A stretch of DNA of 62,666 nt, filler included, from Rhabdomonas costata (Eukaryota), in assembly GCA_019059605.1 (NCBI GenBank). It is 39 parts of 39 records of this genome, joined end to end, with 100 filler letters (N's around TTAATTAATTAA, not from the genome) between each part and the next. Parts side by side here need not be neighbours in the genome. Positions count along the whole stretch, not along the records: positions 1 to 1,511 come from JAHMHO010014175.1; positions 1,612 to 3,121 come from JAHMHO010014176.1; positions 3,222 to 4,731 come from JAHMHO010014177.1; positions 4,832 to 6,341 come from JAHMHO010014178.1; positions 6,442 to 7,951 come from JAHMHO010014179.1; positions 8,052 to 9,561 come from JAHMHO010014180.1; positions 9,662 to 11,171 come from JAHMHO010014181.1; positions 11,272 to 12,781 come from JAHMHO010014182.1; 31 more parts are not named here. One strand, 5' to 3'. A program made the translations under genes and the position numbers. Shown here one piece after another: positions 1 through 11,700 of the stretch (the first letter of the stretch is position 1; each line of letters opens with the position of its first letter). The notes under the pieces were generated by a model, which saw nothing but the letters and a program-made list of their open reading frames with translations, had not been told where the DNA came from and searched no databases.

Positions 1-127
1 CGCCCCCCACCCCAACTGTGCATGACTCAGATGCGGAGGGGCCGAGTACTACCGAGTGGCAGTCACCTGCGGATCAGTTTCTGTTATCCAGCTTGCCTTT
101 TTCCGCTTCGCACACACACACACACAC

Positions 128-385
128 GAGCAATGCAGGTAGCCGCTGGAAAAGAGCAGCTGCCCGACAACGGCCCGGGACCCGTGGGGCAGAAGGGAGG
201 TTACCAGAGAGGGAACGTTCGGCTGCGAGCCGGTTCCGGTTCCCCGCGGCACCGTTTGCTCCAACGGCACCTCTCGCGAGCACCCGTGGCCAACAGCGCT
301 TGCGCCAGTCAGTGGTCACCAACAAACAAGCAACCAGACAACCAGGCAACAGCCAGCGCGCAATGCGCCGAACACACACAGACAT
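128..385 (+). repeat. Dispersed ~250-bp repeat, copy 1, next to (CA)n
   Basis: Aligns with 36380-36640; shared blocks include GCAGGTAGCCGCTGGAAAAGAGCAGCTGC and GCTCCAACGGCACCTCTCGCGAGCACCCGTGG. Confidence 0.9.
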
Positions 386-595
386 ACCATTCCATACCAT
401 TCGTGGAGTTTTTGGTGGTTGTAACCCTTTGTCAGTGCTCGAATGCCATCGGAGTGATGATATAGGGAACTTACAGACAGTCTTCCGGGCAGCGGAAGCA
501 GTTCACCACTCCATTTATCAAGATGTTTCGTTTTTCCACTTGATGTGTGCATGTCGACCGTATTTCTTTTCTGATAGGACTCCATGTGCACCAGC

Positions 596-1067
596 AGTCG
601 TGATGGCGAGTGTGCCTGCCTCCTTACACCGCAGCAGTGTCTCGCCAGCCCAGGCTGCGGCTGGGACTCCGGACGCCTGACCTGCGGGATGACGCTGTAC
701 GGAGCCTCGTGCGGTACCTTCTGCGTATCATTTTCTTGCTGAAGGTTTTTATCGAGTCTTATGTCGCCTTCAATGTGGGTGGGTGGTGGACGCTTGAGAA
801 CAATGCATCCCATCCTCCAATCCCAACAATATTTTCCTTCCCAACTCAACGACTACTTTCGGCGCGCGTTTTTCGATCCTTGTGGTTTTCACGTGTTTGT
901 GCTCAAACCAGTATTTGCATTAAGGAAAGAGGGTTTGTCCGACGAGTCGCCCTTGCCTTACTTCGTTCCATCGGATCTTTATGCTCTTAATTTGACGTAT
1001 TGCACGCAACCCGCAGTGGTGGCCTACAATGACAACAGCTCCTCCCCAGGGCCCCTGCGTAGTACAG
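596..1067 (+). CDS. Possible exons (~596-713, 1017-1067) of a Cys-rich extracellular protein
   Basis: RDGECACLLTPQQCLASPGCGWDSGRLTCGMTLYGASC joins in phase 1 through GT-AG to VVAYNDNSSSPGPLRST; no family recognised. Confidence 0.35.
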
Positions 1068-1142
1068 GTTAGGTGTCGGGTCCGTCCAGGAATCGTTATT
1101 CCCTATGTATACGCAGCCGGGGGGGTATGCTCACCTTCCCAG

Positions 1143-1236
1143 GCGAACCACACGGAGGAGCTGCTGGAGCTCTTTGAGGAAATCTTTGAGCACCACGCCT
1201 TCACCGGGCGCTCTGGAACGATGTTCATGTACGAAG
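1143..1236 (+). CDS. Exon of probable GH149 beta-1,3-glucan phosphorylase
   Basis: AG|ANHTEELLELFEEIFEHHAFTGRSGTMFMYE(G)|GT resembles the FxHxxFTGRSGTxxxYEG motif I recall from GH149 proteins. Confidence 0.65.
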
Positions 1237-1511
1237 GTGTGCGGAAAAGCTGGAACATCCCACTTCGTTGCCAGCACAAAATACTGCTTGGCTCTGCCCC
1301 TTTAGCGGAGCCAAGCAGACCCAATAAGTTAGTTATGCTCAGTATACCCCGTTACCCCTTGGCCCTTGCCAATGCGGATTTTTAGACCGCGTGCGAAGGC
1401 ACACCTTCCCATATCAAAGCAGCTATGCTCAACTGGAAGTCCGAAGCGGAGGGCGTGTGAGATTTCAGAGTGGGCGTTCTTTCGCAAGCCCACTCTGAAA
1501 TCTCACACGCC

Positions 1512-1611
1512 NNNNNNNNNNNNNNNNNNNNNNNNNNNNNNNNNNNNNNNNNNNNTTAATTAATTAANNNNNNNNNNNNNNNNNNNNNNNNNNNNNNNNN
1601 NNNNNNNNNNN
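1512..1611. other. Artificial contig spacer N44-TTAATTAATTAA-N44 (first of 38, recurring every ~1.61 kb)
   Basis: Identical 100-nt linker carrying stops in all six frames separates 39 contigs of near-equal length. Confidence 0.98.
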
Positions 1612-1729
1612 GTTTTTACAGCCCAACTTGGATCTTTACAGATATCGGTCGGCATTGGATGCGTGGTATTAACTTTTTGCATCCATCATGTGAATCCGCT
1701 TTAAATTATCCAAGTTGGGCTGTAAAAAC
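1612..1729. repeat. Hairpin element with perfect 22-bp inverted repeats (MITE-like)
   Basis: GTTTTTACAGCCCAACTTGGAT (1612-1633) and ATCCAAGTTGGGCTGTAAAAAC (1708-1729); inner GGATGC/GCATCC stem. Confidence 0.85.
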
Positions 1730-4014
1730 CGAAGATGCGACTGAAGGACCTCCTTGTCTTGTCTTGTCTTGTCTAATTTGTATTAATATCTGCCTCCTCC
1801 AAGACCCGGAGCTGGTGTATGGATCGCTATTCTGACCTTTTGTTCTTATTATGTTTTTCTTGGACGCGGAATCTGGTTGGATTCTGTGGGAAAGAAATCA
1901 GCTTATAAAAAGCAGCCTCTGCTCTGTGTAAGACTTGGAGATTCGTCTGTCATAGGTTCTACCAAGGTGGCTGCCTAAACTCAGGAGTGCTTTTTCGGTC
2001 GACCTTCTACCGGTAGGAAAGCATATTTCAAGAAGGATGGGCTACCCCCGTTCTTATCCCATTTTCGTTTCGAATTCTGTCGCATCCTCGCCACATCTCT
2101 CAACTCTCCATAGAACTCGTTTTACATTACTTTTGGCGGGGTTCCAGATTCAAAGGGAAAGCCGAAAGAGACCGCCCCAAAGCAGGAGACGCCCGCTTCA
2201 AAAGGTTTTCTAGATTTTGTTTTCTTTCTCTGGCCAACTGAAATCCTTCGAGGCCTATGTACTTACCTGTGATGATTCAAAGCTCTGAATGGTGGTCCTG
2301 TGGTTATCCGCTGGGTATCCGCATGCTGTTGCTTGCAATCACATCCTTGATAGGTATATGTAATGCGATGAGTACAATTTGGATACCGCGTACCATAAGC
2401 CTTTTTCACAAGTGTTAAAAAAAACTTGGGAAAATAAAAGCATTCAGGGTTCGTCTTTCCGGCGGGAACTAAGTAAGGCTTTGTTTCCAAATGCTGTGAA
2501 ACGTCTGGGTATTCCCCGTGCCACCGTGGAGGTGTAGGGATTGCAATCAAAATGTTCTCCCATTGCAAGTCATGTCAGCACAATTCGTTCCTGTTGATTT
2601 GAGGCAACTAAGGTCAGCGTCACCTTTCTGGATATATATGCCGAGGTTTTCCAAATAAGGAAAGCTTGACACGGAAACTCAGAAAATGGCATGTGAAGGT
2701 TTTCCATTTGTGGTCTTTTTAGCCTATATAAACGCCGTTGTCTGGGAATATGTTATGCAGTGAATCCAGAAACCTAAAAAGCAGTTAGATATGGAGTGCT
2801 TCAAAGGGACTACTAACATTTGGGATTCAGTGTTTGTAGTGATCCTGGCCGTATCATTAATCAATCAAGCCAGCAAGCAAGCAATCGATCGATCAATCAA
2901 TGTCTGCATATCAACAGAACTATAAAATCGTAATCTTCAGAACATTTTTTCCAGTGGTCAATCCGAAATGGTGAACACAAGCTGAACCTCTCCGCATGCA
3001 AATTTCGGTCTGCGGTTCGTTCAACGCTATTCTCTTTCCCTTGATGTGTTACCTGCTTTCCTTTACTCGGTGAAAACCTTCTTTATAACCCACCATCGAT
3101 TTTGTTTCAAGCCACACAACCNNNNNNNNNNNNNNNNNNNNNNNNNNNNNNNNNNNNNNNNNNNNTTAATTAATTAANNNNNNNNNNNNNNNNNNNNNNN
3201 NNNNNNNNNNNNNNNNNNNNNTTGTGGTGGGGGATTCATAATTCGGGGAAGGAACCTGGCAATAAATTCCTCCATTTTACTTCTTTTCTTTCACTTCCTT
3301 TCGCTTTTGCTGGCTTGACTACTTGCTTGCCCGCCTGCGCGCCTGCACTGCGTTTCTTCTTTGCTTTTGAGTAGCCCATTGGCTTTGCCCCTTTCAGCCT
3401 TGCCATTGTTGCGACCCACGACTTTGCTTCTGTAAAGTTCCATTGATTTCCTTCACATCCTTATTCTGTGATGAATCAGAAGCCAAAAAAAGTATCCCTT
3501 GCGAAGTGGTGGGTGGGTGTTTCACTATCCCACGGTTTTCGGTGGCAGTAACCAGTGTTAGTTCCGGGGAATCATATGGGAATCCGGGGAATCCACGGTA
3601 ATCATATCAGAGCAAAAGTGATGGACCTCACATGGACATGGGATTCGAATACCCTCGTGAAGGTTTTATTGGGCGGCAAAAGGCCTTGTAAGAGAAGGAA
3701 ATTGGAGACGACACACGTTTCATATTTTCTACTGCTACGCATCCATCGATGGTGCGAAAAAAATTTCGAATTTTGCAGTCATTTGGGATGCTGCGGAAGG
3801 TGCGGATCCTAAGATGTGCGGCGTGCGGTGCATACAAGGATAGCTTTCTTGTTGGAAACCATAGAATATTAGGAAACCAAGTATTCGTTGAGTTTACGGT
3901 GGGCAGTGCCTCCTTTGATTTCACTCTTTCCCCGTCATCAGCCAATAACACTGCCAATAGCGTGGAACTTGGCTCGCCGATGCAAAATGGGCACGTGTGC
4001 ATCCGCAGGCGTAC

Positions 4015-4524
4015 CGAATCATCGCCGCGGGAAGCCCCGGGTGGCACCCACCATCGGTAATAAAACACAGCCCCATCTTCTCAATCTCGGGCTTCCACTT
4101 CTCCAAGGCCGCGATTTTGACCTTCGCTCCAAGCTGGATATCAAGGTAGTCCACCTAATCACATCCCGCCCTCCACCTCAGTGCACAAAACTTCACCCAA
4201 GAGCCCTGCTACCTTTTTGCTCCCAATCGCCACTGACAGTGCATTTGGCCTTGTGGTCAATGGGCCCAATGGGCCTTGGGTGGTAGCCGTTTTCATTCAA
4301 AGGCACGTGTGGAGGCCTAATATGAGGGCCAAGCCACAAGTGCACCTTGGCGGTTACTGCAGCCGCCACGACAGTCTCCGCAGCGAAGGTCGTGCTGGAG
4401 GCCACGACCAGGGCGTGCACCCCAGCCAAAGCTCGAGCCAGGCTGGCGCCATCCGTGGCGTCGGCAACCCGGGCCTCACACCGAGCCCGATGCGCAGGTT
4501 CCAGGGACTCGATGTACTGCTTCC
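4015..4524 (-). CDS. Saccharopine dehydrogenase-like NAD(P)-binding oxidoreductase, two internal exons (4524-4346, 4154-4015)
   Basis: Spliced in frame: VADATDGASLARALAGVHALVVASST...AAVTAK|VDYLDIQ...GLCFITDGGCHPGLPAAMIR; the YLDI and GGxHPG motifs are typical of the family. Confidence 0.8.
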
Positions 4525-7500
4525 CTGCGAACCCACCCGACGGGAGAATGCAAGGTCAATAGATCACTCTTAATCATTCAGCGGTTAGCCGAATTCAAAA
4601 GCAACCTGCCTTAAATAATCCAAGCAGAAAAACTAAGCAAGCAAGGAGAATAACGACGCGAGCGCGCAGCAAAACCGACAGGGGGCGTAGAAAAAAATGA
4701 CAGCAAATTACACAGAGCTAAACCACCCACANNNNNNNNNNNNNNNNNNNNNNNNNNNNNNNNNNNNNNNNNNNNTTAATTAATTAANNNNNNNNNNNNN
4801 NNNNNNNNNNNNNNNNNNNNNNNNNNNNNNNGGTGGTTGGGGCGCCGAGCATTTTTTCAGATGGGAGGCGCAATCAGCAGTGCGGAATTTTTCTTTTTTT
4901 CCGCCTGCCGAGGTGCTTTTTGCCCCCTGCCTTCTGTGCCCGTTGCCCGCAGCGGACTTCTTGCCGGCTAGTCTTGTGCAGATGTGTGGGCGTGAAATGT
5001 GCGCAGAGGCTCTCCTGTGCTCTGCGATGCCGAGCAGCGTTCGCTGCTCACTCCCCTCCTGTCGCCCTAGAACCTCTCTTTCCTGCTCTTTTGGAGCAAT
5101 TGAGGTTGAGGGGGGACGTAAACGGTAAAAATTACGGGCCTTGCATCTTACGATGCAAAGAGTCCTCAAAAAAGCCCGCCCAAGTTACGTTTCCGCCCCA
5201 GCCGCCCGCTTCGGCCGAGCTGCGCAGGGCAGTTATCTACCCAAATCCCAGCCACCCCAGTATTTTCAGATGCTGAGCAAGAACACTAGGAGGTTACGAG
5301 GTCGTTCACTAAAATAAAGTCATTTCAATTGTTCTGGGGTCAATTACTTAACAATAATCATTATTGGTCAGCTTTGCATTAGTCGTGGTAACCGTTTCCG
5401 TCCCCCCAAAAAATCGGACAGTTGGGCTTCTGTTTTGTTCCACTTGTCGCTTCCTCCATTCTGCCACCACCTCATTCACTTCAGGTGCCTTTGCTTTGAG
5501 TGCGTTCGCGCGCAGGCGCGCGAAAGTGTATGTACTTCCGCCGCCACCTTCCGTGCAGATATGGGTCTCCGTTAGTTTTGGAGGAGGTGTTCGGAGACCT
5601 TCCTGTCCTCTGTGATGCGGAGCAATTATCATTGCTGCCAAATCGCCGTGAAAATGCCCGCTGTCGCGTTCCTCATGTGGCTTCCTCTTCCTTGTCCCCA
5701 AAACTTGATCTCAACATCCACCTTCTCGCCTTCAGGTGACTTTGCTGTGGGTGTGTTTGTGCACGTGTGTCTTCTTGTTTGTCACTTCCGCCACCACCTC
5801 CCGTTACCTCACCTATCGCAACAACCATCGGGCCTCCACGTGACTCAGCGTTGGGCAATTACACGTGTGTATGTTTGATGGCCCAATGTTTTTTTCTGTG
5901 CCTTTTTGCGTGCAACGGGACGCGGTAGCCTCCCACTTCCACACGGCGGTCAGTTGCGCAACTTCTGAAGTTCCAGACCGACGTCAGCTTACTTTTTGTT
6001 GAGGGGGGGGGGGTTCTTGCTGTGCACCCCCTGAATGTTTCCATTTCGTTTTTTTCTGCCGCAATTCTTAGTGAAGACATGGGGTTCGGATTTTCTCCAG
6101 TATATGCGTGTATGGAGTTGTATGTCTGCGGCAGATTGGAGATGATTTGAGTGGCCATACCGCTCATTGTAATTTGTGTTGGCTGGTTAGTGGATTGTGT
6201 GATGTCGTTTTGGCCCTGTAAACGCACGTGAGTTGAGGTGGTGAAGTGGTGAGGACACTCTGCTTTTTTTTCCCAAAATCTTTGGCCCAGGTGTGGTTTC
6301 CTCGAGTTACCAAACTTCCACAACTCGGCCTTTCAGGGCGTNNNNNNNNNNNNNNNNNNNNNNNNNNNNNNNNNNNNNNNNNNNNTTAATTAATTAANNN
6401 NNNNNNNNNNNNNNNNNNNNNNNNNNNNNNNNNNNNNNNNNGGGGTGTGGGGGCCACTTGGTTCCTAGAACTTTCCGAGGAGGTAGTTGTTACTTGCTCA
6501 TTTGCTCTTTGTTCTTTTTGCTTGTGTTTGTTGTTCGTGTTCATTGTAGTTTTTTATGTTTGATTTGTTGGAGGGGAGTGGTATGTGGCTGGTGCAGTAA
6601 CGTTGTTTGGTGGGTGCTTATAATTGCCTTTGCAATTGTCGTTGTTTAACTTTGTGTAACCATTGAGTTTACCATTTTTGGTGATGCTCGCTTGAGTTTA
6701 GGTAAATTTTATTACATCGCTTTAGATCAGGGCCCCTAGATGAAATTTATTTTGTTTAATTTGTTTGCATTTTGAACAGTACTCAAAATGGCCTTGCCTG
6801 ACTTTGTTTTCGTGTTTATGCTTGTGAAAAACGCCGAAGAAGAAGAAGAAGATCTGGAGTGTTTTTAACGGTATCCGGGTGATCACGGTGATACAGGGGT
6901 GGTCTTCCCATCTTAACATCTGTTCTGGAGAGTTTCGAAGCCCCAACGCACATCCGTTTTCCCTTCCGAAGATAATATACGCGTGCCACACTAATTCGCC
7001 GCCGTTGTAGTGGTCTGTCTTTGGTCACAGGAACTGTTTGTTCTCATCCCGCCCTTCTTTCCCGTCACCACAATACCTTGTTGTACTGTACTTCGTCCTT
7101 TTCTTTTTGAACGGTTCTTAAGCCCACTCAACATAAAAATAATGGAGAAGAAAAAACACAACGGAAGAAAAAATGCCATGTTGGTATCCCTTGTATGTTA
7201 TAAAAGCGTAAAAAGGATAGGTACTGAGGGGAAATGGGGCCCCCGAGATGTTTTTGCTGGTCGCATACTCCCATATGCTCCCTGTATGTCTTATCCCCAA
7301 GGCCCCTCGCTGCGCTCTTCGCCTTGGGCCCGACTGCGCACTGCTATGGAAGCTTGTTTTTCTTAGAGCCCCGATGTATCCCTGCCCGACTCATCAGCCT
7401 TGTCGGTTCGCACCAGCACAAGCCCGCTGAGCCCCCGGTCCAGCCTTCGTCCAGCATCTCCTGGGCGCTTGCCGGACTCACAGCGAGGCAAACTGAAGGT

Positions 7501-8692
7501 GAAGTTCTCGGTTCCCGGGCTGCTGCCTGGGACTCTCTCGGGGGCGGCGACGATCATAACGCGCTCTCTCCGGTGCTGAGCGTTGCGCTCCTATGTGTCT
7601 TTTTCAGAACTTTTATTTGTCGGCTTGCCACTCAGTTGAGTTTCTGTTCCCAGTGCCACGAATACCCATTCCTGAATTTCTTGCTGTCCCAATCCAGGCA
7701 CCAGCAGGAGCCTCAAAACAACGCACTCTAATTTCGGGCATCGGCCCATGGGGGCTTATAAAAGCCGACCAGCCAGCTTTTTTTTTTTTTTTTTTTTGCG
7801 ATTGCAGTATAATTTTGATTGCAATAATTGCAGTTGCAAAATCTCGTTTCTGAAAATGATGCGGTACCCCATGTTTGCGAAGCTTTGGGTTGTTTAGACA
7901 GTTGCTTGGATGCCGCGTGGTGTCCTTTCTCTCTCTGAAATACCTCAAACCNNNNNNNNNNNNNNNNNNNNNNNNNNNNNNNNNNNNNNNNNNNNTTAAT
8001 TAATTAANNNNNNNNNNNNNNNNNNNNNNNNNNNNNNNNNNNNNNNNNNNNTTGTTTTTTGCGGTGGTTGCTGCCGCTTCCCACGCCCTGCGCTCACAGC
8101 AAAGCTGTTGATGGGTGGGTTGGCCTGTCTGCGGCTTGATGTATGAATGCGTATCATGGCATCGCCAGAATCATGTGGTCTTCTCGACATATTTTTCACG
8201 TGCTGACTTTACCATAATCTTTTTGCGTGTGCAGACTTCGCGTTGTGGGCATCCTTTTTTCCTTCCATTCTCAGCCACATCCACCACCGGTCCCCCTCAC
8301 GCAAGTGGATATGGAAATGTGCTTGAATCACCTGTTACCACCGTTCCGTCTTCGTTCTGGCAAACAATGTTGTGCAAGACCGCGCCCTTTCTTTTGATAC
8401 CCCGACACACCTGTGCCCTTTCGTGGCTTCCCTCCCCTTTTGCATATGATCCAACTTTTGCCCATGGCAAAGCGATTCCCCTGTGCTCCGTATCCCATAG
8501 AGGATCTGTGGTATGGTGACCTTTTTTCTGCTTCTTTCGCAGCAAAATATGTTGTGGTGGTGGCTGTCATTTCGGAACCGGAAATGTTCTTCTGAATTCT
8601 TTTTAGAGAACGTCAATTGCACCCAAAAACATAGTCTCAGCTCGAACGAACCAATTTCCGCACTCAAGCCTTCTCCCGTAGTTTTTCTCCAG

Positions 8693-8743
8693 GGCCGCGG
8701 TCGCATTGGGCAGCCCCGTACCAGCTTGAATGAGTACTGTAAG
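8693..8743 (+). CDS. Small exon, possible start of a double-stranded RNA-binding motif
   Basis: Pyrimidine tract, then AG|GRGRIGQPRTSLNEYCK|GT; PxxxLNEYC resembles DSRM helix 1. Confidence 0.35.
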
Positions 8744-11700
8744 GTCCATGTAAGGTCGCATTTGCGTTTGGTTTCGCGGTGGTGCTTCCACGAGGCGAGC
8801 CTTCCGAGACGCTGCGGATGAAAGGTAACAGCTCTTGCCTCATGATGGGGCTGCGCCTTCCGAGGCGGGGACACTCCATAAAGGAGGGCCCTGCGGTGGT
8901 CCCCGGCTTTGGCCAACTTCCGTGTTTGTGATCGCACAATCTGTCTGGTTTTGTTTGGGTGGGGTGGGGTCGGCCTGGGTGCTCCTGGGTTGTCTGTTTG
9001 CGGATTTCTTTTTTCTTCCTCTCTATAGTCCCGTTTTTTTTTCTGCCGTAGTGAGCGAGGCAAATGATGCCCCAAGGCGGATACATTCGGGATCCCTACT
9101 CCTCCGCCGGTATGGTGTATTTGTGTATTTGTACGGCGTGTGTGTGTGCATGTTTGCGTGTTTGTGTGTTTAACCACCAACACCTAAGCAGCGACCAGCT
9201 GCACGCCAGACCCCAAATAAGTGATAAGTGTGCATTTCTGCATTGGGAGGCCTCCTGTTTGACATTTCATTATGCTGGATTATGCTGGGTGGAAAAGATA
9301 TAGCGCACGTTTTTCACTTCATCATATGACGTGGTGAACGGCGGGAACTTGTGCAAGCTGCATCTATGATGGTTCCAGCACATGCCCATTTAGCCGTTTA
9401 GGCTGAGCCACGCTTCGGGCCTCCCAGGCGAAAATTCTGTTAACGATTCGGAGCACCTTCTGATCTTCGCTATATCCCCTAATATGTTTCACGGGAAGGA
9501 CCGCAGGCGGTGGCCCGCAGAATGACCCGTTTCCGGGTCTCGCCAACCCCCCCCCACCCCCNNNNNNNNNNNNNNNNNNNNNNNNNNNNNNNNNNNNNNN
9601 NNNNNTTAATTAATTAANNNNNNNNNNNNNNNNNNNNNNNNNNNNNNNNNNNNNNNNNNNNGTTTGTGATGTCTTCTTTTTCCTGCCCTGGGTTGTGTAC
9701 TTGGTTTCACGTTTGGATGGATAATTTGATGTTTGTTGGAAGAAGTGACTTCTTCCCCGGAAGGGTACAGTAATTTTATGACTATCTGGGCCCCCTTTTC
9801 CGCGTCGGAAATGCGCGTCGGGTTGTATGACTATGTCTCCGCGTCTTCACTTGTTTGGAAATTCAGCTTTCGAACCTTTCTCTCTCTTTCTCTCAATTGG
9901 AATAATGTCCAATTTTTCAGAATTTGGATTTTGAATGTGGCGATGACCGGGGATACTGGTATTCACCTAAACCTCCATTGGAAATTCAGAAAGTGCAAAA
10001 TGCCTTCTCCTCCTCCAATGGCCTAATGAGGGATTTGCACAGAATTTACACGTCTTCAGCATCTCCCGTCTTTTGACTTTTTCTCTTTTTATTTGGCTTC
10101 AAATTCCGCGTTTCGGCTGTGTGTTGAGGACTTTTTCCTCTCCTCTTTCGGGGGTATGCGTGCGTTCTTGTCGGCTTCTGAGGTGGTGTGATGAGCACCT
10201 TCACCACCGGTGACGAGGCCCGGGATAAGCGGGATCACGAGGAGAGAGCGCGGGGCGAGCATGAGCAGTGGAGGTGAATACATCATACTTCCTTCTTCTG
10301 AGGCACTGCATTGTTCTGGGTTGTCCATTTTTACCTGAAAACCTGAACGGTCAAGCGGAGTTGTGCTCGCTGGTTTCCGTTCTCAATTCATCACAGAGGC
10401 TAAACGTCTGGTTCATTATAACTCGAACACCACATATGTGAAGACACCCCCCCCCCCGAACCCATCTTGCTTCCGCTGCGCAGTTGCGTGAGTCGGGGTA
10501 CCCGTTGCAGTTGCGGCCCCTTCCCGCGCAGCCACCCCCATGGGTTATGTTTTCTGACCAAGTGCCTCCCTTAACCCCCCAATGTTGTGCAAAAAAACGA
10601 TCCGACGTGACCGTATTTATTGTGTGTGGATTTTTCGACGGAGTTTGCCTTCCACTTTCTTGCAGCCTGCTTCGTGACCTGCAGAAGGGACAGCCAAGGC
10701 ATGTTCCTCCCCCTATTCGCCTTGTTGATTTTTCGGAATCTGTACCTGTTTTTGTTTTGGAATATCTATGGGTCGACACCAATGATCAGAACCTCATTTC
10801 CTCATCGGAACGATTTATTCGATTGGGGCGAGATGGAACGCTACCATTGTGCATTGTGTGGAGTGCAAGGATGCTTGGGAACCTCTCGGCAGAGCCAATT
10901 TTGCCTTTCGACCAACGCACAAGAAGGTTACGTGAAAAATAACAGCGCAAATGTGGCGCGTACAAGAAACACAGCAAACTCATACCGATGTTCGCTCTCG
11001 GTATGCTCGGATGTCCCCACGGCCCTCAAGAAGAAAAAACGCAGAGTGAGCCGCAGAGTGAGCATGCCCCTCTGGTTGCTTCTCTGCAGCTCAACGGTGC
11101 CCGCCAGCACCTCCAATGTCTACGCCCAGGTCTTTCGCTCTATCTTTCTATTTTTTGCGCCCCCACCACCCNNNNNNNNNNNNNNNNNNNNNNNNNNNNN
11201 NNNNNNNNNNNNNNNTTAATTAATTAANNNNNNNNNNNNNNNNNNNNNNNNNNNNNNNNNNNNNNNNNNNNTGTTGGTACATCTGTGTAGAGGCGCTCTT
11301 TGCCGTAGTTTTCGTGTCTGTTTTCGTGACTAGCGTGGGGCCATATGAATGCACATTTTAGGGTGTCCCATTTCTGTTTTTGCCTTTGGGCTTTTGAACC
11401 TTAGAGGCGGAGCGCACCGCGAGGCTGTGAACCGATTGTTTGTTCGTTTGCTTTGCGGGTTGTTGGCCATGTGTTTGTGCAGCTTGATTTGCAGTGGGTG
11501 AGGCTGATTCCCATGGGTGGCGGAAGCCTGCCGTATGGCGTGAAGAAGAAAAAGAAGGGCAGCCTCCTACGTTCTGCATTCTTCCCACTTTCTTTGTGCC
11601 CGAGTTTCTTGCGATAGATTTTGTGTCCTTGTTGTCACCGAATGGTGCGAGTCGACATCGGGTCAGGTGTATGACCGTGTTAGAGAGAGATGGGATTCTT

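Noticed and set aside
2674-2690. Euglenid spliced-leader RNA gene (TTTCTGAGT on the minus strand; also 29281)
   Set aside because: Only ~9 nt match; the rest of the leader exon and the donor context are missing
4832-7951. Several 100-165-aa ORFs in these two contigs
   Set aside because: No recognisable domain or consistent splice pattern; left uncalled
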